Origin: Rhizodiscina lignyota
Lineage: Eukaryota
Direction: 5' to 3'
Assembly: GCA_010015805.1 (NCBI GenBank)
Contig: ML978131.1
Coordinates: 372,001-436,000 of the forward strand
DNA: 64,000 bases
Both the position numbers and the translations under genes were made by a program. Each line of letters begins with the position of its first letter. Within the stretch, counting starts at the first letter, position 1. Shown in pieces: positions 37,511 through 50,960 of this stretch. The notes under the pieces were generated by a model that was not told the origin of the DNA, made no database searches, and was given only the letters and a program-made list of their open reading frames with translations.

Positions 37511-38617
37511 TCACATTTCCATTTCGACGTCGCCATTGCCAGAAGCCGCGACAGGGACGGCCATGGGCATGTGGGACACAGCCACCTGTTCTGTTCCATT
37601 AAGAGTTGCATGCCTCGATACCGGCTTCGCCGGGATGGTTGGACCCATAGTCTCGCCCTTTTGGAGGTTTCGGATGGCATCCGCTTCGCAGAAGCCGACG
37701 AGACGGCAGACGCTTAGATCGTCCTGGAAGACCCACCAGCACTCTTGTGTGTCGGAAGCGGTTGAGAGGGTGCGGACGAGATAGGCGCGCAAGCCCTCGT
37801 TATGAAGGAGGATGGCTGGATCGAGGATGTTCTCGTAATGATTGAGGATGTACTTCTCCCAACCTTTGGCAGCAGGAGCTTGCGAACAGGGGATGCGCTT
37901 CCAACCAACGCCGAGGACGAGGCTAAGATGGTCGATGGGTCCGTCTGTCGACGGCGAGTTGCCATTAACGTGATTGATCGAAGTACCGTTCAATGGGGTG
38001 ATGGCTATGTCGATGGCGATACCGGAGGGCTCAATGAGGCGTTGCGATTTGCGCGAGATGACTGGTGGACGCGACATGGCTTCGATCGCTGCGGTCTCGA
38101 CGTGCTCGTTCTTCTCCTCCGCCCATGTGCCAGTTTGCGACTCGGCGGCGATGGAGAAGCCCGGGTCATCCGGGTAGATGAGAGTCATGCCAGGGCCATA
38201 GACGGGCTCGCCGCGAGGCTTTGGAGGCGATGGCGGCTGAGAGGTAGGACTGACATAGGAGCCATCGGCATCGGCGTGAGGCTCATCCGCATTGACGTCG
38301 GCAATGGAACGCTTTCGGCCTGAGAGAGGCGCTGATGCTGATGCACTTGCGAGGTAGTTCATGGACGGCGGCTTTGGAAAGCGAGGCCGCATTGGCTTTC
38401 GGTTGGTAGTCGTGGAGGTTGTGGTAGCAGCTAAGGAGGTAGACGAGGTGGACAGGTCGGTCATGGTCGTCGACGAGGGGAGGCCGGCAAAGGCCGCGGC
38501 GTTCGTGATTGTATCGTTGGGTTGATGATCTTGATAGTGATTGCCGAAGTAGGTGGTCTGTTGGCTGGGCGTAAGGACTAGAGTCGGCGCTGATGAGGCA
38601 TAGTAGTTCAAGCCCAT
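37511..38617 (-). CDS. Fungal hypothetical protein (368 aa)
   Basis: Intronless ATG ORF with coding-like bias; PVYGPGMTLIYP, AESQTGTWAEE and LGVGW...KGWEKYILNHY motifs. Confidence 0.8.
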   Translation of the reverse strand: MGLNYYASSAPTLVLTPSQQTTYFGNHYQDHQPNDTITNAAAFAGLPSSTTMTDLSTSSTSLAATTTSTTTNRKPMRPRFPKPPSMNYLASASASAPLSGRKRSIADVNADEPHADADGSYVSPTSQPPSPPKPRGEPVYGPGMTLIYPDDPGFSIAAESQTGTWAEEKNEHVETAAIEAMSRPPVISRKSQRLIEPSGIAIDIAITPLNGTSINHVNGNSPSTDGPIDHLSLVLGVGWKRIPCSQAPAAKGWEKYILNHYENILDPAILLHNEGLRAYLVRTLSTASDTQECWWVFQDDLSVCRLVGFCEADAIRNLQKGETMGPTIPAKPVSRHATLNGTEQVAVSHMPMAVPVAASGNGDVEMEM

Positions 38618-39757
38618 GGTTCTTTCACTGTGTGTTTAGTAGACAAGACAATGGATGATGATATTTGCTATGAGATGATGTGCTATAGATCCCTTTAGCA
38701 GATCTTGACCCAGCCTGATTGCCGTGAGCAGCGAGAATGGCAGGCTCTTCTCTGTACCGGTGTACGAGAATCAATTGACAGGTATTGGGGGAAGGACAGC
38801 GAGGTAGGTAGTGAAAGAAGATGGAAAGGTGGTGAAGGGAAGGTAATAAGACAGAGGTAAGTGAAGGAAGGAAAGAAGTAAAGAAGAGGTAGGGCGGGAG
38901 AACGGAGGTACAAGGTAAGTGACTTTGTGTGGAGGAGGGAAAGTCGGGTGCAGTGAGATGCAGGAGTGAAAGTGTTTTGGTCGGGCGAGGCTCTCTTAAG
39001 AAGATGCAAAGGCGGCGGCGGGCTGATTGGTGGTTGCATGAAGCTGGGATTCGCCGTAATCCTGGGCAGAAGGTCGACGAAAGCGAGCAGCCAGAAGGTG
39101 GAGCACCGGGCCGCTAAAGAGAAAAGGCGCGTAGGATGCTATGGGCGCTGGTAAGTTAAGAATCCTTCGTCACAATCCGTTAACTCCGGGCGTTTGCGTT
39201 TCCGACGAGCGAGCTAAGCTGTTATAGGGAGAACGGTTTCTCGAACAAGGCGTAAGAGCGACTAGCGTTGTTGGCGGAACGGCTGGCTGAAAGTTACGCG
39301 AACGCGAATGTCCCAACCTCTCTGCCAAGCCTGTTTGACGGAAACGCAAATGGCGGCATTTTCCTCAGCTGTGCATCTTTCCCTTTCCGGCCTAGTGTAC
39401 AAGCCCTTCGGAAGCCCGCGGTGCAACTCCGGCGGATCCTGGTGTTCCAACTGCCGTGTTTGCTCGACGTGCAAACAGCTCCCGAGGTCTTGGCAATACT
39501 ATCACGTGATTTTATGCGGCGCCTACTTCTCACGTGCTAGAATTCCTTACTCATCCGCCAAGTGTCTTGGCATGTTTGTACAGAGCGCAAACATCTGAAA
39601 AGATCGCGACCTTGGACGCGACTTGAGAGGCTTTGAGGGAAAGCTAGCAAAGCTCTACAACACATACAACACACCTTCTCACACCGAATCAGACCTTCTC
39701 AGAACGACCTGCGCCTCTTCTTTCTCTATAGTCTGTGGTTCAAACGCGCATTTCGAC

Positions 39758-41593
39758 ATGCAGGCGCCCGTGGTGGTGCTCAGTACGACTTCCAACTATT
39801 GATTCGAGCATTTGTAGAAGCTAATAATGTGAATAGATACCCAGTCTGGGGAGCGACAGTTCGGCCGAAAAGCCCAAATATCGAATATCACCGCAGCTAA
39901 AACGTGAGTCTAAATTTGCAGGGTTCTTTACGACTCGTCTCACACCATTCCAGTGTCGCCGATATCATTCGATCATGTCTAGGACCGAAGGCGATGTTGA
40001 AGATGCTCCTCGACCCGATGGGTGGCATAGTGTTAACGAATGACGGCCATGCTATCCTTCGAGAAATCGAGGTCTCACATCCAGCGGCGAAGAGCATGAT
40101 CGAGCTGAGCCGGACACAAGACGAGGAGGTTGGAGATGGCACTACAACAGTGATAATATTAGGTCAGGCAGCGCAATTTCAGCAAAAATATCGTGCATCA
40201 GACTGACTTGTCTACAGCTGGCGAAATTCTGGCACAAGCCCTTCCACAACTCGAGCGCAACATCCACCCTGTAGTCATTATATCTGCCTTCAAGCGCGCC
40301 CTCTCCGACGCCATCTCCATCATCGAGGAAATCTCCGAGCCTGTAAATATCAACGACGACAAGGCCATGTACACCCTCATCTCCTCCTCCATCGGCACGA
40401 AGTTTGTTGCGCGCTGGTCAGAACTCATGTGCAATCTCGCGCTCAAGGCGGTTCGCACGGTTATGTTTGACCAAGACACAGGACGGAGAGAAGTGGACGT
40501 CAAGCGATACGCGAGGATCGAGAAGATCCCCGGAGGTGAGATTGAGGATAGTAAGGTACTGGACGGTGTGATGTTGAACAAGGATATTACACACCCGAAG
40601 ATGAGGAGACACATCGAGAATCCAAGAGTGATTCTTTTGGATTGTCCGCTAGAGTACAAGAAGGGCGAGTCGCAAACGAACATCGAGGTCAGCAAAGAAG
40701 AGGACTGGAATCGCATATTACAAATCGAGGAGGAGCAAGTCAAGCAGATGTGCGATGCCATTATCGCACTGAAGCCTGATCTTGTCATCACCGAGAAGGG
40801 TGTGAGCGACCTTGCGCAGCACTTCCTGCTCAAACACAATATCACCGCTCTCCGTCGTGTCCGTAAGACAGATAACAACCGCATCGCCCGCGCGGTCGGA
40901 GCTACCATCGTCAACGATGTCCGGTCTCTCCAGCCGTCCGACGTCGGTACCTCCTGTGGCCTCTTCGACATTGAGAAGATTGGCGACGAATATTTCACCT
41001 TCCTTACGAAATGCAAGGACCCCAAGGCATGTACGATATTACTGCGCGGACCTTCCAAAGACATCTTGAACGAAATCGAGCGCAATCTGCACGACGCAAT
41101 GGGCGTAGCAAGGAACGTGGTCTTCCATCCCCGCCTGTGTCCCGGTGGAGGCGCAACAGAGATGTGTGTGAGCGTAGGACTGGAGAGAAGAGCAAAGGCT
41201 GTCGAGGGTGTCGCTCAGTGGCCGTACAGAGCTGTGGCGGAAGCCATGGAAGTCATCCCCCGCACGCTCATTCAAAATGCTGGCGCAAGTCCAATCCGTA
41301 TCCTGACACAGTTGCGCGCGAAGCACGCCGCATTCTGGGACAGCAAAGAGGAGCAAAATGGCGCTACGAATGGCGACGCTGCAGTTAGCAGTGCGTGGGG
41401 TATTGATGGTGATAAGGGAGCCGTTGTGGACATGCACACGTACGGAGTTTGGGAGCCGATGGCAGTCAAGCTGCAGAGCATCAAGACGGCTGTCGAGAGT
41501 GCGTGTCTATTGCTGAGAGTCGACGATATTGTCGCCGCGAAACAGGCTAAGCAAGCTGGAGGGCCAATCGGTGGTGGCGGAGAAGAAGAGTAG
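39758..41593 (+). CDS. CCT3: T-complex protein 1 subunit gamma (CCT/TRiC chaperonin)
   Basis: MQAPVVVL...[82 protein letters not shown]; three introns. Confidence 0.97.
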
Positions 41594-41711
41594 AGCGGTT
41601 TGTAGACGTTCTGCTTCTGCCCAGCGCACTCGGACATGGCATTTGCAAAGGCGTTCAAAGAAAAAGAGATGAATGTATGTATAGCAACTCCGATACCAAA
41701 ACCTGAATTGT

Positions 41712-42453
41712 CTACAGCCGAGCAGCCTTGTTCCGATACAGCCACCCCTTCCCGTTGTGCAAGTATGCCCTGCTTTCCATCTTAGCGACCTCGTCCTTCG
41801 TCGACATCCAGAAATCCGTCCACTCTTTCCTCCGCAGGAACTTCTCCATCGCGTCTCGGTCCCTGAATCGCGCGTATATCCTCCCGTCGACGTCATTGTC
41901 GATGCTCTCAAATGTCATGAATGTGTACACCCCGCCGTCGGGATCCGCCTTGTCCACATCGCTCGCCAGCTTCTTCAGCTTCGGGTTCAGCGACTTCCGC
42001 GCGGCCGCCGAGCCGGCAGTGAGCTTGACGTCGAGCATGATGCCGCACTCTGTCTTGTCGCCCGGCTTGTCTAGGTAGCCTGCCACGAGGGAGTAGTGGT
42101 TCAGGTCGAGGCCAGTCGCCGACGCGGCAGGGATCTTCTTGAGGAAGGCGCCCATGGAGGGAGAGTTGAGATGCGTTTTGTAGAGGTCATCTCTGCTTCC
42201 GTAGACTTCGAACGCCAGCATGGATGTTGTTGCCGAGAAATCATGCGCGTAGTCCATGGGGATGCCAAAGTAATACGTCTCTGTCGTGGGCTCGCTTGCC
42301 CACACGTATTTGGCTAGTTCATCGTACGCTGCTTGCCACTGTTGCCTCGCTTATGTTAGTGTAAGTATGTGGGGGTTGATCTGGCTGCCGTACGTCTTCG
42401 TATCTATCCGGAATGAAGTTGCAGTTGGCGAAGAGATAGAACAAGCCTGCCAT
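41712..42453 (-). CDS. Dimeric alpha/beta-barrel (ABM/monooxygenase-like) protein
   Basis: Exon 1 MAGLFYLFANCNFIPDRYED, intron, then WQAAYDELAKYVWASEPTTETYYF...AFEVYGSRDDLYKTHLNS, an ABM-like E.Y....H pattern repeated in two halves. Confidence 0.75.
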
Positions 42454-43281
42454 GACGACTGAAAGGAATGGGATTATACAGGGAAGATCGACAGGCAAAG
42501 AATGAGAGATGCGGAGTAGTTTCAGCTGTACTTGGTACTCGGTCTCACGGTGAAGAGCCGCATCTTATAATCAGCTCTAAAACCCCTACCTACTTGGTCA
42601 AGGGACCGTCCATTTGCTCGGGCGGAACCCCAGAATCGGTTGTTGGACTTGTACTAGACTTGCATGTGCTAGATAGAGTCTCCACTATGGTCTGAAGAGC
42701 ACGCTGTGCCCAGCATCGTTGCTTGTAAGTTACCGTTGCGATTTCGGCTCATATTTTCCGCAGCCGGTTTTTGGTGTTGAACTCGTCAGCCGGTATCAAG
42801 CTTTCCGCATACTTATAAAGGACAGCCATTGAGATAAATTCGGAAGCAGCGGCACCAATTCTTGACGAGTAAGTGAAATCTCGAACTGTGGCACGTCTGG
42901 GTGTGTCGTCGGCCGCGATACGTCTTCCGCTTTCCATCATCCAACGGTAAGGTTCTCGCTCGGTAGTGCGCAATGCGGGGCTCCGCTACAATTGGCCTGG
43001 CGTACCTGGGGAATGCTATTCTCAGCCTTCTGAATGGCTAACTAGCTGTACGCCAGTTCTCCTGGCGCTTGGAAATGCTCCTGCTGAGAGTAGTTTGGAA
43101 GCCCGGCAGAGAATATCCGCAAGGGAAGGGAGAGAGTCACGACACCTCAAGCCTCAAAACAAAGTATCCTGTGACCCTCTATCATGGAGGCTCAACGAAA
43201 GGGGTGCTTCGGAATTCAGGTTTTGAAAGTGTCCTTCATCACAACTGCCAAAGGCATAGTGAACATTAACACAAATCCAAC

Positions 43282-44417
43282 ATGTCTGGGCGCATTGCAA
43301 TAGTTACTGGGGCCTCGGTGAGCAAGCGATATCACAAAACCTTGAAGGCGAATAGCAAACTGATTGTTTAAGTCTGGTATGGGCGAGGCACTCTCGCGTC
43401 ATCTAGTATCCAAGGGATGGAAGGTTGGAATGGCGGATATTCAAGCAAACGAGAAATTATCAAAAGAGCTTGGTGATAGTGCAGCTTTCTTTCAGACAAA
43501 TGTCGCAGATTACGACAGTCAGGCGAAGACTTTCCAGGCAGTTTTCGATAAGTGGGGAAGAATTGACGCTCTCTGCGCTAATGCTGGTATCGTGGATAAG
43601 AGGCATGGCTCCAGAAGTGGTCGCTTGGAGCCTGTTCTGACGAGGCATGCAGTTCAATCTACATCTTGGGCCATCGAAACTCGGATACGTGAGTATTAGC
43701 CAGAGTTGTATATGAGAGAACAGATATTAATAACAGAACAGTATCCCGCCTAAACCGAACTTGCTGTGCACCGACGTCGACTACAAAGGAGTAGTATACG
43801 GCACCCAGCTCGCCATACATTTCATGCGCAAGAATAAAACGCCAGGTGGAAAGATTGTCGCTACCGTTTCCGCCGCAGCTTTGTATCCCCACGAGACGTA
43901 TCCGGAGTATGATGGAGCTAAAGCAGCAGTACTAAATTTTATTCACGCCACCGGACGCGTGCTCCACATTGTACGTGACTGCAAAGTTGAGACATGAGAC
44001 TTTCAGACTGAGTAGACAATAGAAAGATAACGTCGATATCAACGGTGTACTTCCAGGCATTGTTCATACCAGTATTATTCCGCAGGCAATGGTCGACGCT
44101 GTTTCAGCTGAAGCGTACGTTGTGGGCAAGATTTCCATCCCCATGGGACAGTTGCGCTGATGCCCTTTAGCATGACCCCGGTCTCCAATATCATCTCGGC
44201 GTACGAGAAGTTGCTCAACGACACAACCGGCATCCATGGCCAAGGTCTAGAGTGCCAAGCAAAAGAACAGTATTGGGTCAAGTTTCCTGAGTATGCGGGA
44301 GGAAAGATCTCGCAGCGATCATGTACTGTCTGGGATCCGCTCTTCAAAATGTACCATGGAGAGGACTCGGACCTGCCAGATGCAATCAAGACAGGCACAC
44401 AGGACGTGAAATTCTGA
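43282..44417 (+). CDS. Short-chain dehydrogenase (15-hydroxyprostaglandin dehydrogenase-like)
   Basis: IAIVTGAS|SGMG, GRIDALCANAGI, catalytic YDGAK, GVLPGIVHT. Five introns, one of them GC-AG (43603-43652). Confidence 0.9.
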
Positions 44418-44687
44418 TCTGCTATGATCAAAATTGTGGACCGGAAAAGTGTTCAAGGGAGTCTCTAAAGCAACTTGGTCATGTCTGCAATTTGAATGAT
44501 TGCAGGACTGAGACGCAAGTTGGGTGAACTCTGATTTATAGCTTTAAATTAGCCGTTCCTCGTCAATCACACCCGTCCGCAAATATTCCGCTATCCATCG
44601 TACCACCTTTTGAGCAGTAGCTTTGCAGAGCGCTTGAGTCATTTCATCTGCACGAGCTAGATGCAGAAAATCTTAACCGAGGCTTGC

Positions 44688-45719
44688 TCAAGTCAATTCA
44701 TGAACAAGAGCTTCTCGCCTTTCGCCAAGGAAGAGCCCTCCGAGATTCCAGAGGTTCCCAGATATTGCTTCATCCCGAACCCACTCCTGATAAGCATTCG
44801 TGACTTCGTCGACACCTTCGCTCCGCATCGTCATCCCAATTGGTAAGTCGATGCCAACAAGATCAATCGGCGGCTCATCTGAGATTGCACGAATTGAGTG
44901 TTCATTGAATGAGTTCAACGCATTGCGATGTTCGGTGATCGTCGACTCATCGATGATGAGGATTCGTAGCTTCCGCGATGTGCGCGCCATGAGCAGCTCC
45001 TGATATCCGGGGTTCGTTGATACTGACGGGCAAGTGAGAACCATGTGAGTGAGGCTCTGTGGCATTCGAAAGTTATTGTGCATCATCCAGATACCACAGG
45101 GTGCTCCGTATAATGAGACCTTGCGAAGTCGTTGCCATTTTGTCCATAGGGGCGATCCTATAGACTCTACGTTCGGCAAAAAGTGGTCAAGGGAAAGCTC
45201 GTCTCTTGTGCTTGTAAACTCTTCCAAGTCCTCGAGTTGCTCAAATGCAGCTCTCAGCTTAGGTCGGACGTAAAGGTGATCTTGCCAGGGCATGATTGAC
45301 CGTAGGTCCATGTCGATGACCAAACGTTTTAACGATGAACGAAGGATACACATGAGTTCATAAACCCATATCGCCACAGGTAGATCGTCGATGGAACTTG
45401 GAGGGAATGGCGCAAGATACAGAGAGGTTAACAACGGCCTGATATCAAGCTGTTTCTGCGAAATTCCGTCGGTAAACTCATCGCTTCCGACTCCAAGAGC
45501 GAGGAGTAGGAGCCTGAGACGTCTGGAAGAGTCTATGTACAGGCAACGCGTGTACAAATGTCGGCGTGCCCTAGAATGAGTTGCTCTGCAGACAGTCGTG
45601 AAGGAGAGCAGTGTTTTTGTTATGGGATGATAAGCTGGCAACGCGACAGGCGCATCATGCTCATCAGGCGCCAGAGCATCAATAATGTCAAGGATGAGTT
45701 CGATTGGAAGAGAAGCCAT
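44688..45719 (-). CDS. F-box-like domain protein
   Basis: 343-aa intronless ORF beginning SLPIELILDII...LLSFTTVCR...ARRHLY, followed by LRR-like segments. Confidence 0.75.
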   Translation of the reverse strand: MASLPIELILDIIDALAPDEHDAPVALPAYHPITKTLLSFTTVCRATHSRARRHLYTRCLYIDSSRRLRLLLLALGVGSDEFTDGISQKQLDIRPLLTSLYLAPFPPSSIDDLPVAIWVYELMCILRSSLKRLVIDMDLRSIMPWQDHLYVRPKLRAAFEQLEDLEEFTSTRDELSLDHFLPNVESIGSPLWTKWQRLRKVSLYGAPCGIWMMHNNFRMPQSLTHMVLTCPSVSTNPGYQELLMARTSRKLRILIIDESTITEHRNALNSFNEHSIRAISDEPPIDLVGIDLPIGMTMRSEGVDEVTNAYQEWVRDEAISGNLWNLGGLFLGERREALVHELT

Positions 45720-47683
45720 ATCGTATCATATAGCTGATTTGAGTTAATCTAGCAGAAAGGACTCACTTCGATGTTGATGCGCATCCTGGAAGGGTGAAGG
45801 TTGGCCTGTGAACGCCCGAAGTTCCAACCCGGTAGCCGTGCCTTCCAAAACGAAGCAACATCACGTGCGACGTAGAGTTCCAACACGTCTCGAGGTCGCT
45901 CAAGGACTTCCATCACTGAGAGTTATTTACGGAACTTGCTGTATATTTGCGACCATTATTTGGAACGGTCTAGAAAGGTACCCGAATCTCCGCCCTTATA
46001 TCGAGACTAGCCAAGATGTCCGCACGGGTTCACGACGCAAGACTATCGAAGCCCAATTTGGCGTCTAAGCCGGCGTCTCTGGACAATTTACCCAATATTA
46101 TTTCGATCAAGAAAGTTTTGATTGTGAATGTTCTGACTTCAACGCTCCCATATCCATTCCCCCGAGCGCTCATCCTTTAAACTTTGCTCCTCCTTTCGTC
46201 CAATTCGTCCGTCATTTAACCGGCGCCACTCTTGCGAACGGTGAAGCCCACACCTCCATTGGCTGACATACGCGTTCAGTTATTCGGGAATGAACTAATT
46301 ACGAGCGGCGGACAACGTGCGGTTGTAGAAAATTGCGCCGCAAGATGTCCATATGAGAATGATACGTTGTCATGGAAGCTTCCAACTTTCTTCCATAGCC
46401 TCTCTTCCCCAACCGGGGATGCCAGGCATTGTGGCAACTGTTACCGAAAAAGCCGTCCGTGCTGGCGGTTCCTATGGTCTAGTAGGTGGCTTATTGATTT
46501 TAGAGGCCGTTGAAGCGAGCGTTGAACGGCGTGCTTCCGCTCATCGTTCATTGGCCATATATCTCTACGAGCGGGAGATAGGCACTGGCGATTAGATACG
46601 AATCTTCGACAAGAGAACAATTCTCCTTCGCTGGAGGATATGTCTCACATATCGGCACAAGTTCGCTTGCAGTGTTGCACGCACAACCACTTACGATCGC
46701 ACGACCGCCTTCTACGTCTTTGGAGCTCTTAGGGCAACAGACGCAAGAAATTGTGACCCAAGGGAGCTTCAATTCCGGGCCTGGTCGTGATTCTGCACCA
46801 ATCGACCGCCGCCGTTGAAGGGGGTGGAAGCCACCGCCTAAATGGCATACGTACCTCAATCTGAGCAACTGCACCATTCTCCAGTCAGACGTCTGAGCTG
46901 ACTATGGTAGCACAAAAATGGGTCGTAGCCTGAATGGTGGGCCATTGTCACCCCCCCATCCCAAAGAATTTCCGCCTTCCTTTTGCGAGTGTTATACGAG
47001 AGAAGATGAAGTTGTTGATTATGGCATTTGGACCCTCGCGCATTCATCTGACCACACCAGGATTGCATGCAGCGGGGTCTGCGAGATGATTGGCATGCAC
47101 AACAGAAATTGTGCTTAATTGACAGCTCGGAGCTCACTGTTTTCGGGACCACGTTCAGGGATGCGGACAAGGGGTTGGCATTCGAGAACTCAATAGCTCG
47201 GTTGGCGCCCGCAGGGTGGAGCATATGGCGACCGCTGCCCTTCTTCTGGAGCTTTCCCTTTTACGTCCAGGAACAGCGCGCGTGGCTGTTCATGCGAGCC
47301 ACTTTCTCTTGGTGGTTGAAGCACGCGTTGACGTTTAAAGGTCGTAGGGAGACTCAGACGCCTTGTGAGACACTTCAGCTTCCGCACGAAATCTACTATT
47401 TGTACCTGCGTTTCGCGACACCCGCTAGGCGTTCCAGTAGCCTTGGTATCACCTCTCACATATATCTGCCGTGCGTTCACGCAAGCTCCTGCAAGGGTCG
47501 ACATTTGAAAAAGCTACCGGAACGGACGCCGGAGTCGGGACGACACGAGATAAAAAGCTTTTATTTCCAGCATCTCAACAACTCGCAAGGTGCTTTGGTT
47601 GAAGAAACATTTGGGGCGACGCACAGAAGGTTGTAGTCTTTGGTCATGCACTGTCCGTGCAGCGGGCTGCTGCTGCTGCGATA

Positions 47684-49096
47684 ATGGAGTCGCTAGGGAC
47701 TCCTCGACTTGCTGACTGCTCGTTCTCGCCGTGCAGCCGCAATTTCCATTTGCCATTGAGAGCAGCATCTCGAGAACAAAGGCACAGCCCTTCCGGCAAA
47801 CGGCTCGATCACAGTCCCAGATGTGACGACCCTGGCTCGGCCGCGCATTTCTGGAATGCAGTGTCTCACCATGGACAAACGTTGCGTGTCAAGCGAAGGC
47901 CCGAGAAACGAAAAAGTACATCTATAGCTTATCTGCGTCCAACCTCCAACAGCCTGTGCCTCGCGCTGCTTGTACTGTCCTTGCTATTTGATATAGCAGC
48001 TGGAGCCTACATTGTAGACGTCTCGAAGATCAGCGAAGAACGACGATCTGTGGTCGACACGCTTACTCGGAACGGAGAACTGCTCGTTGATCGCAGCGAG
48101 CCTCCACTCCCACGCATGCGCCTCGCGCGAAGGGATGAAGCATCCATCCCGTCTTTCAGTATAGCAGACGTCTCAACGAGCAAACCTGCGTCCTCAACGT
48201 CGCGTGGAAATGCGACAACAACAACTACGACTTCGTCTTCAACAGCAACTCAGACCGGGTCTCCGACCAACTCTCCTCTCCCTCAGCCATTCGACACTAA
48301 TTTGGGCAACAACTTCACTTCAACATGTCCCCAATTCTTCAACAGCTTTCTCAAGAACTCGACCTTCCAAAATTGTGTTCCATTCTCCCTGCTCCTTCAA
48401 GTAAGCCTACTCTCATTGCCCATGGATATGCTTGAGCTAAAGGCGCTGCAACAGACGTCCCAAGCATTCTTCCAAGCGTCCAAGTCCTTGGTCCGCATAA
48501 CTCAGGTTCTTGACGCCTCTTGCGATGTCTCATTCAACACTTGCAATTCGATAATGTCCGATCTCGCCGTACAACTGAAGGATCCTAACAACTGTGGGAC
48601 GGATTTCACGAACAACAACCCAATTGTTTTGCAAGCTTATGACGGATTCATTGCTTATCAGCCTATGTTTCAGGCGGCCTGCCAGAAAGACAAGAAGGGC
48701 ACGTACTGTAAGACTTCACGAACCACTGTGACATGTAACAAACCGTTGTTAATGAATACAGGCTTTGCGGATGCAATCACCAATACATCCTCCGCCGCCG
48801 ACTCCTACCCTTACTATTTGCCTCTCAACATCGAACTCCCTGGAGGTGCACGTCCAACATGTGATACGTGTCTGCAGGAAACGATGAGCATATTCGCTAA
48901 TGCTGCCTCCAATGCGTCACAACCAATCAGCAATACATACAAAGATGCTGCCCAGCAAATCAACATTGGGTGTGGGCCAGACTTTGTGAACAGCACTATA
49001 TCAGTGCGTACTGGCGGTGCTTCCGCAATGGATGGGATGGTAGCATTTGCTCCCATCATCACATTATTTGTCGCTCTTTTCACTCTTCTTTTCTAA
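47684..49096 (+). CDS. Cys-rich membrane/GPI-anchored-like protein (DUF7729-like)
   Basis: Hydrophobic segment, Ser/Thr tract, PLPQPFD...CPQFFNSFL...C.PFSLLLQ, YCFADA after splicing, and a hydrophobic C-terminus. Two in-frame introns. Start codon uncertain. Confidence 0.75.
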   Translation: MESLGTPRLADCSFSPCSRNFHLPLRAASREQRHSPSGKRLDHSPRCDDPGSAAHFWNAVSHHGQTLRVKRRPEKRKSTSIAYLRPTSNSLCLALLVLSLLFDIAAGAYIVDVSKISEERRSVVDTLTRNGELLVDRSEPPLPRMRLARRDEASIPSFSIADVSTSKPASSTSRGNATTTTTTSSSTATQTGSPTNSPLPQPFDTNLGNNFTSTCPQFFNSFLKNSTFQNCVPFSLLLQVSLLSLPMDMLELKALQQTSQAFFQASKSLVRITQVLDASCDVSFNTCNSIMSDLAVQLKDPNNCGTDFTNNNPIVLQAYDGFIAYQPMFQAACQKDKKGTYCKTSRTTVTCNKPLLMNTGFADAITNTSSAADSYPYYLPLNIELPGGARPTCDTCLQETMSIFANAASNASQPISNTYKDAAQQINIGCGPDFVNSTISVRTGGASAMDGMVAFAPIITLFVALFTLLF

Positions 49097-50960
49097 TCTG
49101 ATATACCCGTTTGGATCGCAAGTCGGCATCTACTCACGTTTAATTCACGAAGAGACGAATTTCTTTTATATTTGCTTTTAGATCACAGCGATGGCGCATC
49201 TCAGTTTACTTTGTGATATAGGAGCATTTCCGACCAGATTGGCTTGGGTTGTTGCTTTACCTTAACATTGACTGGGGGCATCGATGTGCCGATTTGGAGT
49301 CTCACGACTTCATTCACACATCAAGTTCTCAACTAAATCTTAGCAATAGACTATGATTCGCATCCTTGCCGTCTTGGAATTGCAACCGTTTATCCCTGCA
49401 ACTAATATAAAGGCGGAAATGACCGCCCCACGTGATTCTTTGTGGATTGCCTTCCGCCAAAGGAAGCTCGAATTCCTTTTTTTCCCAGAAGGGCTTCGAT
49501 CTGAATACGTCAGATCCTTCCTAGTGATGGTGTCAGTGCAATCATATAATTTTTCACGGGGTGAAAGGCGTTTTGTAAACGAGATTGACATTCATCCAAA
49601 GATCGGCGCAAGGGTCGAGAAGGATTTGAAGTCATCGAGACCCTCCACCTTTGCAGTATTTTGTAGACATCAATCTCATAGGAAATGCCTGATCCATGCG
49701 AGCAAAATCTCTTATCTATAATTTAAACTGCCTGCAAATTGCCCTCAATGTCGTCAAAATGTAGAAAATTCTCCGCGTGACCTGCAGGTACTCGGGCTCT
49801 AATGTCCAACTCATCCGAAACGCCCCTTCCGTCCAATCTCTGACACGTTCCAAGTTCTCCCTCCGTGCCACGCTTCTTTGGGCACAGAGCAACAGAGCAG
49901 TCGGCCTACGTCCCGGCCAGGATATTGCTTGCCAAGTGTCGAATCCTGAGACGCTGAGCCAAAGATGATGGCCGCACTCCCGCTTGCGGAGGACGGGTTC
50001 CTGAGTCGTCTGGACGTTTCTCGCAGGTGACGGCAGCAAGGATGACAAGGCTTCTGAGGCGACAGTGTTTCTGTGCTTAAATGTAACTGCGACGACCCTC
50101 GCCATGCTCTCCTTTAAGGCCTGCCTCCTCTGGAGGCTGGGTCCCAAGTTTTGCGCATGCATTCGTCACGCATCGGTTCGATCCGTTCCTTCTGCAGTAC
50201 TGTCAATGTAGACGTCGTCAGCGGCGCGTGGACGCAATTCTACAGTAATCATGGACGGGGGCTATGGTTCTCTTCGGCAGACGGAGAGTCTGAAGAGTCG
50301 GAATGCAAAGGCGTTGAGAGCAGATGCATTGAGGAGAGATGGCTTGGAGAAGGGCGAAGGTAGCGCGTGCACTCTTTCCCATTTCGGCCTGTTTGTCACT
50401 TCGTCCTTCCTCAATCTCGTCTTCCTGGCAAGAATTGAAAAAGTTACACGGTGACGCAGCTCTGAAGGCATTCTAGCTCGACTGGAGCCCTGCGTCACCA
50501 TCCATCACAGTTCTCTGTCCCGTCTTCAGCAAGCGCCAGACGCACTTCTTGGGCCTCGCAACGTTTTTGGGGATGGAAATACCAGCGCTGATTGCCCTGT
50601 GGCTTCGCAGACCCATCCGCGGAATATGTACCTTCCCGGTTTTCTGGTGAGAAAGAAGCAGCAGTGCAGCTACCTCCTGCGTCGCCGGCCAGTCTTATTA
50701 AGAGTTCCATTTCCCGGAGCTCCAGGCCGCCAAAACTAAAGCTGCAAACGAGCAACGGCTCTACAGCTGCATCAACACATGTATCCTCCTCCGTGTGGTC
50801 GAAGTCGCTCCCCCCAAATCCTACTGCATTCCGCTCGAACGCGACCCTCCCACGGTCGTTGACCTCGACCAATCTTCCTGCCCGTCCGGCCCCTCCTCTT
50901 GACAGACCACTACCCCCTATTCCTCCCGATCAGATAGTCAAGTCACAGTCAAACTTCGCC

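Noticed and set aside
40198..41085. 295-aa antisense ORF over CCT3 (similar ones over LOS1, the pepsin and the SDRs)
   Set aside because: Explained by codon bias of the sense gene; no independent motifs.
45720..47650. ORFs up to 189 aa upstream of the DUF7729-like gene
   Set aside because: Mostly non-ATG starts with non-protein-like composition; probably promoter or 5' UTR.
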